Below, one piece after another: positions 10,181-21,400 of a stretch of 64,000 nt of DNA. The notes beneath the pieces were generated by a model. That model saw nothing but the letters and a program-made list of their open reading frames with translations. It did not search any database and had not been told where the DNA came from. Numbering within the stretch: position 1 is the first letter of the stretch; the number at the start of each line of letters is the position of its first letter. Origin of the DNA: an uncultured bacterium (GTDB taxonomy: Bacteria; Zixibacteria; MSB-5A5; JAABVY01; JAHJOQ01); contig CBDUQR010000012.1 of the NCBI GenBank assembly GCA_965369655.1, forward strand, positions 1 to 64,000, written 5' to 3'. A program made the translations under genes and the position numbers.

Positions 10181-11260
10181 ATGATATACGGCGTAGTGAT
10201 GGCTGGCGGCAAGGGTGAGAGGTTCTGGCCGCTTTCCCGCAAGTCGCGTCCCAAACAGCTTCTGCATATACTCTCGGACAAGTCGATGCTGCAGGAGACA
10301 ATCGACAGAGTGATCGATTTCATCCCGCTGCCAAGGATAAGGATTGTGACCGTAGACAGTCTGAGCAAACAGATACTCGGAACGATAACATATCTCAACA
10401 AAGAGAATCTGATTACGGAGCCGTTCGGCAAGAGCACATGCATGACAATCGGTCTCGCTGCAACGCATCTTTTCAGAGAGGACAAACATGCGATAATGGT
10501 TGTGCTCTCCTGTGACCACTACATCAATCCGCACGAGAAGCTGATAGAGCTTCTCCAGGCGGGATGCCATATCGCCACAGATAAGGATTATCTGATCACT
10601 ATAGGCATAACGCCGACCAGGGCAGAGACTGGCTATGGTTATATCGAACGCGGCGACCTGTACGACAAGTATGGCAATGTTTCTGTGTACCACATCAATA
10701 CGTTCACTGAGAAACCGGACAGGCTGCTTGCGCAACAGTACTACTATGGCCGCAAGCACATGTGGAATTCCGGAATGTTCATCTGGTCTGCGAAAGCTAT
10801 TCTCGACGCTCTTCATGCATACCAGCCTGAAATGGCGGCTTTGTTGGATGACTATGCTCCTAAGATTGGAACCGATCAGGAACTCGACGCCAGGCGTCAC
10901 TGCTACGAAGAGTGTGAACAGGTCTCGTTAGACGTTGCGATTCTGGAAAAAGCCGAGAATGTTCTCGTAATAGGTGGAGAGCTTATCTGGGACGACATCG
11001 GAAGCTGGCGTTCGCTCGAGCGTGTGAAGGCGCTCAATGGCGACAACAACGTCATCGAGGGAGATGTAGTCACCGTCGATACCTACGAGTCGACGATTCA
11101 CAATGATTCCAGCGGCGTGATCACAACATTGGGAGTATCCGATCTTGTTATCGTGCGGTCCGGAGATATAGTTCTCGTGGCTCACAAAGCCCGCGTGAAT
11201 GAGATCGCTGACGTTCTGAAACAACTACGGGAATCTGAGGAACATGAGAAGTACTTATAG
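10181..11260 (+). CDS. manC: Mannose-1-phosphate guanylyltransferase
   Basis: MAGGKGERFWPLSR, PKQLL, ETGYGYI, FTEKP, WNSGMF, WDDIGSW. Confidence 0.95.
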   Translation: MIYGVVMAGGKGERFWPLSRKSRPKQLLHILSDKSMLQETIDRVIDFIPLPRIRIVTVDSLSKQILGTITYLNKENLITEPFGKSTCMTIGLAATHLFREDKHAIMVVLSCDHYINPHEKLIELLQAGCHIATDKDYLITIGITPTRAETGYGYIERGDLYDKYGNVSVYHINTFTEKPDRLLAQQYYYGRKHMWNSGMFIWSAKAILDALHAYQPEMAALLDDYAPKIGTDQELDARRHCYEECEQVSLDVAILEKAENVLVIGGELIWDDIGSWRSLERVKALNGDNNVIEGDVVTVDTYESTIHNDSSGVITTLGVSDLVIVRSGDIVLVAHKARVNEIADVLKQLRESEEHEKYL

Positions 11261-11843
11261 CAAATATGTTCTCGTCTGTCTGTTGCTGGCGGCTCCACTG
11301 TTTGTTGATACAGGTTGCCTGCCCAGGCCGAGGGATAAAGATAGGGTGCGTCCCTCTGGAGAGACCGAAGCTGTGGATGACGGTATCGACTATGAGAAAG
11401 ATACGTTTATTGTTCCCGAGAGAATTCCCGAGCGGACCGAAACCGTGGGCGGGAGCGGATCGCAGCTCGACTGGGCGACGATAGATTCGCTGAGACGATT
11501 GAATCCTGAGATCGATTCAGTCAAGATACTGTACCGCGTTCAACTGTTCGCATCCCAGTATTACTCTGAGGCGGGATATGAGAAAGAAGTCGCCGAGGAG
11601 ATTTTCGATGAGCCTGTATATCTTGTCTATGAGGTACCATACTACAAAATCCTGATGGGCAACTGCACCGATCAAACAGCCGGGGAAAGATTGTTGCGAC
11701 GCGCGAGGAGTCTCGGTTATGAGAATGGCTGGCTTGTCCAATCGTCGCCTGACTCGATATACTATGAGTCACTCATGCCGCCTGATTCGCTCGGATTGAT
11801 CGATACCACGTCTGCACCATCTCTCGAAAACCCCGACGATTAG
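11244..11843 (+). CDS. SPOR-domain exported protein / lipoprotein
   Basis: Hydrophobic N-terminus with TGC; YRVQLFAS, PYYKILMG, LGYENGWLV. Confidence 0.75.
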   Translation: MRSTYSKYVLVCLLLAAPLFVDTGCLPRPRDKDRVRPSGETEAVDDGIDYEKDTFIVPERIPERTETVGGSGSQLDWATIDSLRRLNPEIDSVKILYRVQLFASQYYSEAGYEKEVAEEIFDEPVYLVYEVPYYKILMGNCTDQTAGERLLRRARSLGYENGWLVQSSPDSIYYESLMPPDSLGLIDTTSAPSLENPDD

Positions 11844-11858
11844 ACTCAGAATCGAATC

Positions 11859-12506
11859 GTGAGAACCGTAACTATCGATACCGGCACAGACATTGACGGG
11901 CTGGCGGAAGATGCCGTGCGCCTTCTGCGCAGTGGCGAGATCGTACTGATACCGACGGAGACACAGTACGGGCTGTGCTGCAACGCCGAGGATGATGCGG
12001 CCATCAACAGGCTCATCGACGTCAAGGGACGGGATCGGTCGTCGCCGATGGCGCTCCTGATTCGGGATTGGCATCACGCTGCGATCCTGGCGAAACAAAT
12101 TCCCGAGCAGGTAACAAACCTGGTCTCACAGTTCTGGCCCGGTCCGCTCACTGTAGTCGCTCTTGCATCGAAATCGAATTGGCCGGGCGTGGTCTCAGAG
12201 GATGGCAGAATTGGTTTTCGCTGTTCAAGTCATCCACTTGCGGATCGGATGGCGGAATCATCGGAGTTTTTCATTGTCCAAACGAGCGCTAACAGGCATG
12301 GCGAATCCCCGACAGCCGACCCCGACTATCTTACAAATTGGTTGGCCGACGCTGCGGCGTTGCTTATATTCGATCGATCTGTGACATCCGGGAACCTTCC
12401 ATCCACAGTTGTGGACGTGAGTGACGGAGAGTTGCGAATCGTGAGACAAGGGGCAATCGATTCGGCAATAATACGCGAGGTTTGGGAAGAGGAGATTGAC
12501 AAGTGA
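11859..12506 (+). CDS. tsaC: Threonylcarbamoyl-AMP synthase (TsaC/Sua5 family)
   Basis: PTETQYGL, KGR, WPGPLT, TSAN, PSTVVD. Confidence 0.92.
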   Translation: MRTVTIDTGTDIDGLAEDAVRLLRSGEIVLIPTETQYGLCCNAEDDAAINRLIDVKGRDRSSPMALLIRDWHHAAILAKQIPEQVTNLVSQFWPGPLTVVALASKSNWPGVVSEDGRIGFRCSSHPLADRMAESSEFFIVQTSANRHGESPTADPDYLTNWLADAAALLIFDRSVTSGNLPSTVVDVSDGELRIVRQGAIDSAIIREVWEEEIDK

Positions 12507-13000
12507 GCGGCAGGAAAAACACAATCATGTTTGTCTGCACCGGGAATACATGCCGGTCACCTATGGCAGAGGGCGTCCTGAAGGCGATGCTCGATTCGGA
12601 GAAGATCGCTGGTGTCGAAGTCATATCGTCAGGCACCGGTACGCTCGACGGCTATCCGGCGACTGCTAACTCCGTTATGGTTTCAGCGAAGGATGGGATC
12701 GATATATCCAATCATCACTCGCAGGTGATCAGCGAATCGCTCGTCGAAGGATCCGACCTGATCTTCGCTCTTGCATATGACCACTACGTATTTATCACCT
12801 CGCGCTACGCGGACAAAGCCGATAATGTTTTTATGCTGAGATCATTTCCTGATGGCGAGGCGTCTCTCGAATTGTCGATTGCTGATCCGATTGGCGCCGA
12901 TATCGAGACGTACAGCGAGGTCTACGATGAAATCAAACGGGAACTCAAGCGTGTCTGGCCCAATATAATTCAGAGGATCAATGAGAGACCTGAAGATTAA
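12503..13000 (+). CDS. Low-molecular-weight protein arginine/tyrosine phosphatase
   Basis: FVCTGNTCRSPMAE, IADPIG. Confidence 0.93.
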   Translation: MSGRKNTIMFVCTGNTCRSPMAEGVLKAMLDSEKIAGVEVISSGTGTLDGYPATANSVMVSAKDGIDISNHHSQVISESLVEGSDLIFALAYDHYVFITSRYADKADNVFMLRSFPDGEASLELSIADPIGADIETYSEVYDEIKRELKRVWPNIIQRINERPED

Positions 13001-13829
13001 ATCCACAATTGCCTTAGTATTCGCGCTTGTTGCAGTCCTGTTCACAGCGGCGTCAGCAGATGACAGCGCCGGTGTTGCGATAGCCCCCGACACGTGTCGG
13101 CCGCTCGATATGCCGTTTGATTCGGTAGAAGTCGATTCGAGTTTTCGCGATCTGATCAACGATGCGTTCGGTGTGGGCGAGTGGCTAAAGTTCGATTTGA
13201 AGTACAGTTTTGTCACTGCCGGATACGCGGAGATGTCAGTCGATTCTATATTCGAGCACAATGGACGCGAATGCTATATGATTACGACGCGCGCGCGATC
13301 TCATCCGTTTTTTGACAGTTTCTACAAAGTGCGCGATCACGGTGAGACCTGGTTCGATGCGTACGGGATGTTCCCGTGGCGTTTCGAGAAACACCTGCGA
13401 GAAGGAAGCTACGAGCGCGATGAGGTACATGAGTTTGATCAGTACAGGGGACTCGTCTATGAGGGAGACGACACGATCATGGTCATGGACTACATCCAGG
13501 ATGTCCTGTCGAGCCTCTATTACGTCCGCTCGCTCGATCTTGATGTCGGCGACAGGATCAGCGTCGGCAGCTACACCAAGAAAAAATGCCACCAACTCGA
13601 GGTCATCGTGCATGCCCGCGAAGAGATCAAGGTTGACGCCGGTAAGTTCAGATGCCTCAAGGTCGAGCCGCTACTGAAATCGGCGGGACTGTTCAAGCAT
13701 GAGGGCAAGCTGACTGTCTGGCTGACAGATGACCGCCTCAAGATGCCCGTGCTGATGAAATCGAAAGTCCTCGTCGGATCGATTACCGCCGAGCTGACGG
13801 ATTTCAGGCTGGGCGAGCTGTTGGACTAA
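12981..13829 (+). CDS. DUF3108-type exported protein
   Basis: Signal peptide; FGVGEWLKF, QDVLSSLYYVR, VDAGKFRC, VWLTDD..KMPV. Confidence 0.8.
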   Translation: MRDLKIKSTIALVFALVAVLFTAASADDSAGVAIAPDTCRPLDMPFDSVEVDSSFRDLINDAFGVGEWLKFDLKYSFVTAGYAEMSVDSIFEHNGRECYMITTRARSHPFFDSFYKVRDHGETWFDAYGMFPWRFEKHLREGSYERDEVHEFDQYRGLVYEGDDTIMVMDYIQDVLSSLYYVRSLDLDVGDRISVGSYTKKKCHQLEVIVHAREEIKVDAGKFRCLKVEPLLKSAGLFKHEGKLTVWLTDDRLKMPVLMKSKVLVGSITAELTDFRLGELLD

Positions 13830-13851
13830 TCTGCCACCCACAATATCCCAA

Positions 13852-14034
13852 TGTCATCCCGGTGAAAACCGGGAACCATCTTCTCTTAGCTGTGAAGATG
13901 GGCACCGGTTTGATCCTGAGTTTTGCGAAGGGCTTCCGCCGGTGTGACAACAATAGGTCTGCAGCGAGTAGGTCAATCGGCCTGTCCGATTGACATCTTC
14001 TCATAATTGTCAAGCGTGAGCGCGCTTGACCTAC
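13852..14034. repeat. REP cluster: GTCAT-type doublet plus GTAG-type doublet
   Basis: GTCATCCCGGTGAAAACCGGGA...CCGGTGTGACAA; GTAGGTCAATCGG...TTGACCTAC. Confidence 0.75.
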
Positions 14035-14831
14035 ACGGATTCAGATTGGTGATATCTGAAGGAATCATCCTGAATGTAAGACTTCCAGTTCTTTAACAGT
14101 TCATCCTTCGTGGCTGTTTGATCCGCAATAATCGGACTGATGAGTTTGATTTGCTCATGTGTCATGTATTTCTGATCCACTCTATCAATGAACTTGACGA
14201 GGGAATCGCGGACCCACGCAATGTATTTGCATGCGGTCTCAGCACATTTGAAGTTGAATGACGAGAAGTCATGAGGTATTCGTGAAAGCGGCCAGAAATT
14301 CAACTGAAAATCATCCATGATGACTTTGTTCGTAGCATCAGTCAAATCAATGAGGACAAGGAACGGGAAGGAGTTTCCGTGCATTATGGAATTGCGAATT
14401 TCAACAAGCTCAGCAAAAGTTCTGAATGCCGCGGATTGCCTATCGAAGTAGCAAGCAGGTGGGCTTAGGATTTCGTTGCACAACAGAGGAGCGAAGTATA
14501 CCTTGTCAATGAGTCTCCACTTTTCTAATTTCTGACCTTTCTGGGCAGAATGGAACAGCAGATTCTTGGGAATGTCCTCCTTACTTCTAATTGCATGATC
14601 AGTCAACACGTTATTGGTAAATGCTTCAATCGCAGCTATACCCATGATGAATGCTGCTCTTGCTGCCGCCTTTTCCTGCATCCACAACTGCTGATCAAGC
14701 TTCTCTGGATCATTGATATCCTGCGCATGGAGGTCTTTGTACAGCTTCTCTGCCTTATCATAGTGAATTAGCATACTGGCGAAAAGATATTGGAAAGGTC
14801 GTCGGACGTATTTCCCGAATTGATAAGGCAT
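14031..14831 (-). CDS. Putative HEPN-domain protein
   Basis: Helical; AAIEAF upstream and an R-x4-H motif (RNSIMH); AT-richer than flanks. Confidence 0.6.
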   Translation of the reverse strand: MPYQFGKYVRRPFQYLFASMLIHYDKAEKLYKDLHAQDINDPEKLDQQLWMQEKAAARAAFIMGIAAIEAFTNNVLTDHAIRSKEDIPKNLLFHSAQKGQKLEKWRLIDKVYFAPLLCNEILSPPACYFDRQSAAFRTFAELVEIRNSIMHGNSFPFLVLIDLTDATNKVIMDDFQLNFWPLSRIPHDFSSFNFKCAETACKYIAWVRDSLVKFIDRVDQKYMTHEQIKLISPIIADQTATKDELLKNWKSYIQDDSFRYHQSESV

Positions 14832-14927
14832 GCGTATTTCCTTCGTTTAAGTCGAATTGAGGTCAGGACCTGACATTCTTGGCTGCTGGTGTCGGTGACA
14901 TCTGCCCTACCGCCGGGCACTGGCAAG

Positions 14928-15440
14928 CTACTCGTGTGCATCGCTTGAGACTTCAGGTTCTTTGCGCACATACAAGACTACTTGAGTGACAGCCACAAGA
15001 AGGGCCCCTGCAACTTGGATAAGGCGGAATGGAAGCTGTGCCATGTATCGGATAATTATCAGGCAGAGTACGAACCAAAGCACGATCTTCACGATTCGTC
15101 TACTCTTGACTGAGTAGAAGGCCATTCCGCCCAAGATCAACGTTATTAGACTCGTCTCTACATCTATCGGAAAACACACAAAGAAAGGGGGATTAAGGAG
15201 AAACAGGCCAGCAGCAATCAGCATAGTCCCTGGCAGGGCTGAACCTAATGTTGACTGATTCAGTGACTCGGAATAGGAGAGAACCGGTTCCTCTTGCCTT
15301 TCAAGAGACTCTTTGAAGGCAGCATCTTCAGGAACGACGACATCAGCACCACACTGCTTGCACTTCGCGACTTCACCGACTCTTAGATACTGGACGATAA
15401 TCCTGCTCTGACATTTGGGACAATAGAACTCCAAAGCCAC
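14928..15440 (-). CDS. Zinc-ribbon membrane protein
   Basis: CPKC...CKQC followed by ~4 TM segments. Confidence 0.7.
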   Translation of the reverse strand: MALEFYCPKCQSRIIVQYLRVGEVAKCKQCGADVVVPEDAAFKESLERQEEPVLSYSESLNQSTLGSALPGTMLIAAGLFLLNPPFFVCFPIDVETSLITLILGGMAFYSVKSRRIVKIVLWFVLCLIIIRYMAQLPFRLIQVAGALLVAVTQVVLYVRKEPEVSSDAHE

Positions 15441-15580
15441 GGGACACCTCTATTAGCAAATACTTATTAGACAACTTCAACCTGTTCATCAGATAGGATA
15501 GCAGGTGCACACATGATTGTCAAGCTCACACCTACCCTGTGCTCACCCGCCCCCGGGTTCGTGTATCTCTGGATAGTCGA

Positions 15581-15683
15581 GTAGGGCAGAACCCCTTTGC
15601 AATGCTCAGGACTCCGCCTTAAGCGGTTCTGCCAATAGTATGATTGGCAGAATCACTCCGTTTCACTTCGGATTTTGCCCTAC
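15581..15683. repeat. GTAG-type REP doublet
   Basis: GTAGGGCAGAA...TTTTGCCCTAC terminal inverted repeat with internal hairpins. Confidence 0.75.
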
Positions 15684-15732
15684 CAGACTATTATGTTGAC
15701 AGTACCGTTCACTTCGCCTAATATTGGCCGCT

Positions 15733-16176
15733 ATGAAAGTGGTGTTGCAGCGGGTGAATAGAGCGTCGGTTTCGGTGGACGATGAAATCGTCGGAGAGAT
15801 CGAAAAGGGTCTCTTAATCCTCGTCGGCGCGGGCAAGGATGATGTTGAAGAAGATGTTAAGCTGATGGCGGATAAGTCCCTGAATCTCAGGATATTCGAG
15901 GATGAGAACGGCAAGATGAATCTCTCATGCCTCGACCTCGGATACGAAGCTCTGATCGTCTCACAGTTCACGCTTCAGGCCGACTGTCGGCGTGGTCGCA
16001 GGCCGAGTTTCACCGACGCAATGGAACCTGTTGAGGCCGAACGCCTTTATGAGCTTTTCATAAAGCTTTGCAGGAATGCTGGTGTCAGGACAGAGACAGG
16101 CATTTTCGGAGCTAGGATGAACATCAGTCTCGAAAACTGGGGGCCGGTTACAATCATACTGGACAGCAAGGGATGA
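15733..16176 (+). CDS. dtd: D-aminoacyl-tRNA deacylase
   Basis: MKVVLQRV, LRIFEDENGKMN, SQFTL, GRRPSF, NWGPVT. Confidence 0.96.
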   Translation: MKVVLQRVNRASVSVDDEIVGEIEKGLLILVGAGKDDVEEDVKLMADKSLNLRIFEDENGKMNLSCLDLGYEALIVSQFTLQADCRRGRRPSFTDAMEPVEAERLYELFIKLCRNAGVRTETGIFGARMNISLENWGPVTIILDSKG

Positions 16177-16811
16177 CTCAATTCGCGATAGACTATTCAG
16201 ATGATCTCAAAAAACGAATTGCCGATTTGATCGATGGACGGCCTGTACGTCTGGCATCGAAATCTCCACGAAGATCGGATATTCTCACGAAGCTCGGCGT
16301 CGATTTCGAGCTGTTCGTGACGGATGGCGAAGAGAAACTCGACTTGTCTTCAGCGACCAATGATCCGGTCGCAAGGTCCGTGATCATCACGAAGCACAAG
16401 GCATCAGAGGGCGCTCGCGGAATGGACAGCGGCATCGTTATTGCGGCTGACACGATTGTCGTGCTCGATGACAACACGCTCTCCAAGCCGCAAGACAGAA
16501 GCGAAGCTGTGTCTCACTTGACGAGACTTGCGGGTCGGGATCATCATGTGTTTACGACAATGGTATTGCGGGATGTCGATCGTGATCGGGAGGCTGTCGG
16601 TACGAGCGACAGTTTGGTGACATTTCGTGATGTCACAGGCGATGCGATTCGTGAGTATGTGGCCACCGGCGAGCCTGACGACAAGGCGGGCGCGTACGGA
16701 ATACAGGGGATGGGCAAGTTTTTAGTTGAAAAACATACTGGATATCTTGATAATATCATTGGTTTTCCGGCGTTTCTCTTCGCCGAACTGCTTGAACGAT
16801 TGCGGAAGTAG
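16173..16811 (+). CDS. maf: Maf family nucleoside triphosphate pyrophosphatase
   Basis: LASKSPRR, ADTIV, KP, DKAGAYGIQG. Confidence 0.94.
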   Translation: MTQFAIDYSDDLKKRIADLIDGRPVRLASKSPRRSDILTKLGVDFELFVTDGEEKLDLSSATNDPVARSVIITKHKASEGARGMDSGIVIAADTIVVLDDNTLSKPQDRSEAVSHLTRLAGRDHHVFTTMVLRDVDRDREAVGTSDSLVTFRDVTGDAIREYVATGEPDDKAGAYGIQGMGKFLVEKHTGYLDNIIGFPAFLFAELLERLRK

Positions 16812-16822
16812 GCTCAATACGG

Positions 16823-17857
16823 ATGATTGAATTCGCAAACGAAGGAGAAATGCTCACTGTCGGGAAGTTACTCAGGAATGAGCGAGAACGGCAGGAACTG
16901 AGTCTTGAGGATATCTCCGACCGGACCAAGATAAACGCAAAGTATTTGCAGGCTATCGAGGAGGACAGGAAAGACGGTTTTCCCGGCGGCCTGTACTGCG
17001 ATCTCTTCACCAAGTCCTACGCGGAGGCGCTCGGTCTCGAATATGCCCGGATAAAGGCCGGCACGTTCGCCCCTTCTGATAAAACTCAGGAGCGCGAGAA
17101 GAAGTCGCGCAGGGCATCCGAGAAGTCAGCCGGTGAAACGAAGAAGACTGTGCCGGATCGAAGCAGATCAGACAAGAAATCCGATGCGGTCGATCCGAAA
17201 CCGGTTGCCGAATCCGGCTCGATTTCCGGTTCGAGCGTCAAGTTGTCAGTCGAATCTTCGGAATCCGAATCGGACGAAGCGAATGGACCTGGCAAATATG
17301 ACGTGGTCAAATATCTCATCGTTGTAGCCGCCGTAGTTTTCTGCCTGCTGATTATCGTCGTATATATCAGCATCTCATCGAAGAAACAGGGTGCGGACGA
17401 TGCGGAGACTCGCGAGTCTGTGCCTGCGGAGAGTGCTCCGATGCATCAGGCATTGGATGAGCAGGCGAACATTACTGAGCGAGAGAGTTCAGAGCCTGAT
17501 GCGACGGGAACCTCGGTGATTGATTCGGGGGCTGATGGTCCGGTCATGATTTATCCGGAGAGTCTCGAGGTGATGTTTGTATCTACACGAGAGAGCTGGG
17601 CAAGCGTCGTCGCCGATGGTGATACGGTGTTCACGAGTTTCTTCAAGGCCGGAGACGAAAACCTGTTCCGAGCGGAACGAGAGCTTGATGTGGCACTTGG
17701 TCGATGGGAGTTCATATCCGGTTCCATGTATGGGCACCCGATGAAGGAGATTGCTTCGTTTCACAAGAGTGGCTGGAACTCGGTCAAGTTGAATATCACG
17801 AAGGACAACTGGGAAACATTCATAGATTCTTCAAAGCTGGATAATGAGCAGGATTAA
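16823..17857 (+). CDS. RodZ-like protein (HTH, TM, DUF4115-like)
   Basis: GKLLRNERERQELSLEDIS..TKI..YLQAIE, YAEALGL; single TM. Confidence 0.82.
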   Translation: MIEFANEGEMLTVGKLLRNERERQELSLEDISDRTKINAKYLQAIEEDRKDGFPGGLYCDLFTKSYAEALGLEYARIKAGTFAPSDKTQEREKKSRRASEKSAGETKKTVPDRSRSDKKSDAVDPKPVAESGSISGSSVKLSVESSESESDEANGPGKYDVVKYLIVVAAVVFCLLIIVVYISISSKKQGADDAETRESVPAESAPMHQALDEQANITERESSEPDATGTSVIDSGADGPVMIYPESLEVMFVSTRESWASVVADGDTVFTSFFKAGDENLFRAERELDVALGRWEFISGSMYGHPMKEIASFHKSGWNSVKLNITKDNWETFIDSSKLDNEQD

Positions 17858-18401
17858 ATCGATATTGCAGCGACTGCGGGTCGGGCTGCTCAGGAAGAAC
17901 CTGAGCGAAGCCACTGTCGATTTCGGCAGGTATTTCGGCAAAGCCGGCAGGATAGTTGTGCTTCTTCCAGCCGACAGCAGCAGGCGGACCGAAGTTCTGG
18001 GCGAATCGCAACGACTGTCGTCGGCTTTCCCGACGTCGGAGATATGTCTCATATCGATGCCGGATGACGACGTGCGAGACACCGCCCGCCGTGAAGGGTA
18101 CAGGATTTTCACGCCTAATCGAACCGAGCTGTCATGGTATGATTTTCCCAACAGCAGTTTCCTTACAAGGATCAGGAATCTCAAGAGCAGTCTTGTGCTC
18201 GATCTCGATCCGAGTCGAAGCTGCTTCAATGCAGCGGTCAGCCTTGCTTCAGGCGCTCCTCTCAGGGTCGGTGTGTTCGGCAGTTGGGGGCGACCGATTC
18301 ACAACGTAGAGATCAAGTCGGGTGGCTCCGAGAGTCAGTCGGAGGTTATCCGATCGCTGTTGAGCGTGCTCTCGACCATGGGCGCCGGAAAGACAGAATA
18401 A
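17844..18401 (+). CDS. Hypothetical protein
   Basis: Fills the operon between the RodZ-like gene and smc with an overlapping start. Confidence 0.65.
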   Translation: MSRIKSILQRLRVGLLRKNLSEATVDFGRYFGKAGRIVVLLPADSSRRTEVLGESQRLSSAFPTSEICLISMPDDDVRDTARREGYRIFTPNRTELSWYDFPNSSFLTRIRNLKSSLVLDLDPSRSCFNAAVSLASGAPLRVGVFGSWGRPIHNVEIKSGGSESQSEVIRSLLSVLSTMGAGKTE

Positions 18402-18410
18402 GAGGGCGGT

Positions 18411-21400
18411 ATGCATCTATCTAAACTCCAGTTACTGGGTTTCAAGTCATTTCCTGAAAAGACAAATCTGGTTTTCAAACGCGCCATGACGAGCATAGTC
18501 GGTCCCAACGGGTGCGGCAAGACGAACCTGCTGGATGCGATTCGATGGGTTCTTGGCGAATCCCGTATGTCGGTGCTTCGGGGATCGCGACTGGAGGAGA
18601 TCATATTCGCAGGGACCAGGGATTTCAAGCCGCTCGGCATGGCTGAAGTATCCCTCACGTTCGACAACCACGATCAGACCGTGCCGTCAGGATACAACGA
18701 GATCAATATTACGCGGAGGCTGTTCAGGTCGGGCGATTCGGAATTTCTTATCAATCGAACTCCATGTCGGCTCAAGGATATCACCGACATGTTCCTCGAC
18801 ACCGGCCTCGGCCCGTCGGCATACTCTGTCATCGAGCAGAGCATGGTGGATGTGCTTCTGTCGGATAAAACCGAAGACCGCAGATTCCTCTTCGAGGAGG
18901 CGGCGGGGATAACGAAATACAAACAGCGCAAGAGACAGGCGATTCGCAAACTCGATGCGACCGAGGTGGACCTTCTCAGATTGCAGGATGTGCTCGCGGA
19001 AGTCGGATCGCAGGTATCGTCGCTCAGGCGACAGGTCTCGAAGGCGGAGCGTCATCGCTCGCTGCTGGAAGATATCAAACGAACAGGGGTGTCGCTGAGT
19101 TCTGCGGAATGGCGCCGACTCGAAGAGAGTGAGAAACGCCTGAGTCGAGACCTGGATGACGCCAGATCGAAAACGGAGTCGCTGTCGGCTAACGAGAAGC
19201 AACTCGAACTTGAGCGAGAAAACATCTCGCTTACTCGGGCGGAGAAAGAGCAATCCTTAAGAGATGTCCAGTCTGAACTCGAACGCGCAGTCGGGAAGTG
19301 TCACAATCTCGAAAACGAATTATCTGTCTTAAAGGAAAAGGTTCGAAGCTCCAGGGAACTGTTCGCGCAGGCAGGTCAGGATATTGACAGTTTGCAGGGG
19401 CGCAGAGATTCGCTCGACGATGAAATCGACGGGAACGAGCGAGAGCAGGATAAGGCTGCGAAGCATATCGATTCGCTCAACTCCGGACTTTCAGAGAAAG
19501 AGTCGGAGTATGAACAACGGCTTCAGCGTTTCAGATCGGTCAGGGAGCAATTAGATAGCAAGCTCTCAGCGCTCGCCGAGTTGAATGATCGGCTGACTCT
19601 CAAGCGTGAGAATCAACTCAGCCTCGATCTTCAGTATGGCTCGGACAGCAGGAAACTTTCTGAACTCGATGATGACATAGATCGTCTGAAGCAGGACATC
19701 GAACGAGTCTCTTCGCAGCGCGAGGAAAAAGCGGCGACAGCCTCCGAGACCAACAGTGATCTCGAAACGATAAAGTCTGACCTGGAGAAAAGCCTGTCGG
19801 AGAAAGCGGGTTACGAGGATGCACTCGGCGCCATTGACGAACGAAGTCGTCAGCTTGATTCGAGACTGGATCGGGTGACTGGGAGATCCGAGTTCCTCGA
19901 AGGCGTTGTCTCGGAGTACGAGGGTTACGGTCCGGGTGCGGCGGCGCTTGGTCGAATCAAAGAAGAAATCCCAGGTGTGCTCGACACAGTCGCCAATCTG
20001 GTCCAGACCGATTCTGAGAACTCGCGTCTCATTCAGGCGGTACTCGGCGAGTACGCGTCGTTTTTCGTTGTTGAGGATTCCAACGTTGCCGCAAAAGTGA
20101 TCGAAAGAGTGCGGGGCGAGCAACTCGGCAGAGTCGGGCTGATAATCAAGAGCAGAGCAAAGGAACTGAGTGCGCATCGAGACTCACGGGATTCCGTAGA
20201 TTATACTCCGGTGCGATCGCTCGTGAGGGGTGATGATGATCTTTCCGAAGTGCTCGATTTCCTGTTTGCAGACCACTACCTGTGCGAGTCTTTTTCTGAA
20301 TCGCTGTCTGACGGGCTTGCGGACTGCAATCTCTGGACGCGCGAAGGTGAGTTGACAGCCTCCGGTGGCATGGTTCGCGCCGCCGGTCTGCACGAGATCG
20401 TCCTGGTCGGAAGGAAGCAGGAGATCGAGACACTCGCTGCAGATCGTGAAAAGATCGTATCAGATCTCGACGGTCTCAAGAGTGAGAGATTTGCTGAAGT
20501 GGAGAAGCTCGAACGTGTGTCGCAGCGTATCGACGAGCTTGAACTCAAATTGAGCGAAACTGAGAAGCGGTCGAGCGAAATCAGGGTGGAGATTGCCGGA
20601 TGTGAATATGAATTGGCGTCGCTGGAGCGTCAGAGAACGGAGAAAGACAGGGCGCGAAATGAGTTGACCGAAGCGCTCGAATCGATCTCTCGTGACAAGG
20701 GCGAAATAGGCGGCGAACTCGAATTGCTCCGAGGTCAATCTGGCGAAATGGAGCAGGAGGTCGAGCGACTCAGGAAGGAAGCCGCGGAAACCGAGCAGCT
20801 CAGCGCGGACTCAGAGAGGGAAAGCAACAGGCTGAAAATGGAACTCGTCGGTGCGGAAGGACAGCTCGATATACTCCGATCAAACCACCAGAAGATGACG
20901 GAACTCAGGACTGATATCGTGGAGACTCTTGCGGCTCGTGAGCAGCAGCAGTCCGAGTATCTTGCCACTGCGGTCGATTGCCGGAGATCGATCCGGGAAG
21001 GCGAGGCGGACCTCAAGAGTCGATACGAGGATGTCGAGACGAGACGTGCCGGTGTGATTGCCATCAACTCGGAGATCGCCGAATTCGATAACAAGCTCTC
21101 GATTCTGGACGGCGATCTCAAGAATGTACGGCGTGAGTTGAACGAATTCCGCGAAAGAATGCACCAACTCGATCTGGAGCTTTCATCTGTCCGTTCGCGG
21201 AAAGCAAGCCATGTGCAGGATTCAATCGAGCATTATGAATTCGATCCATCAAAGAGTTCTATGCAGTTTGAATTGTCGGATGAACAGCGCGCGGACATGG
21301 AAGAAGAGTTGGCAAAGCTGCGACAGCGTCTCGACGCGATAGGTCCTGTGAACATGCTCGCTCTCGATGAGTACGAGGAACAACGCAAGCGCCATCAGTT

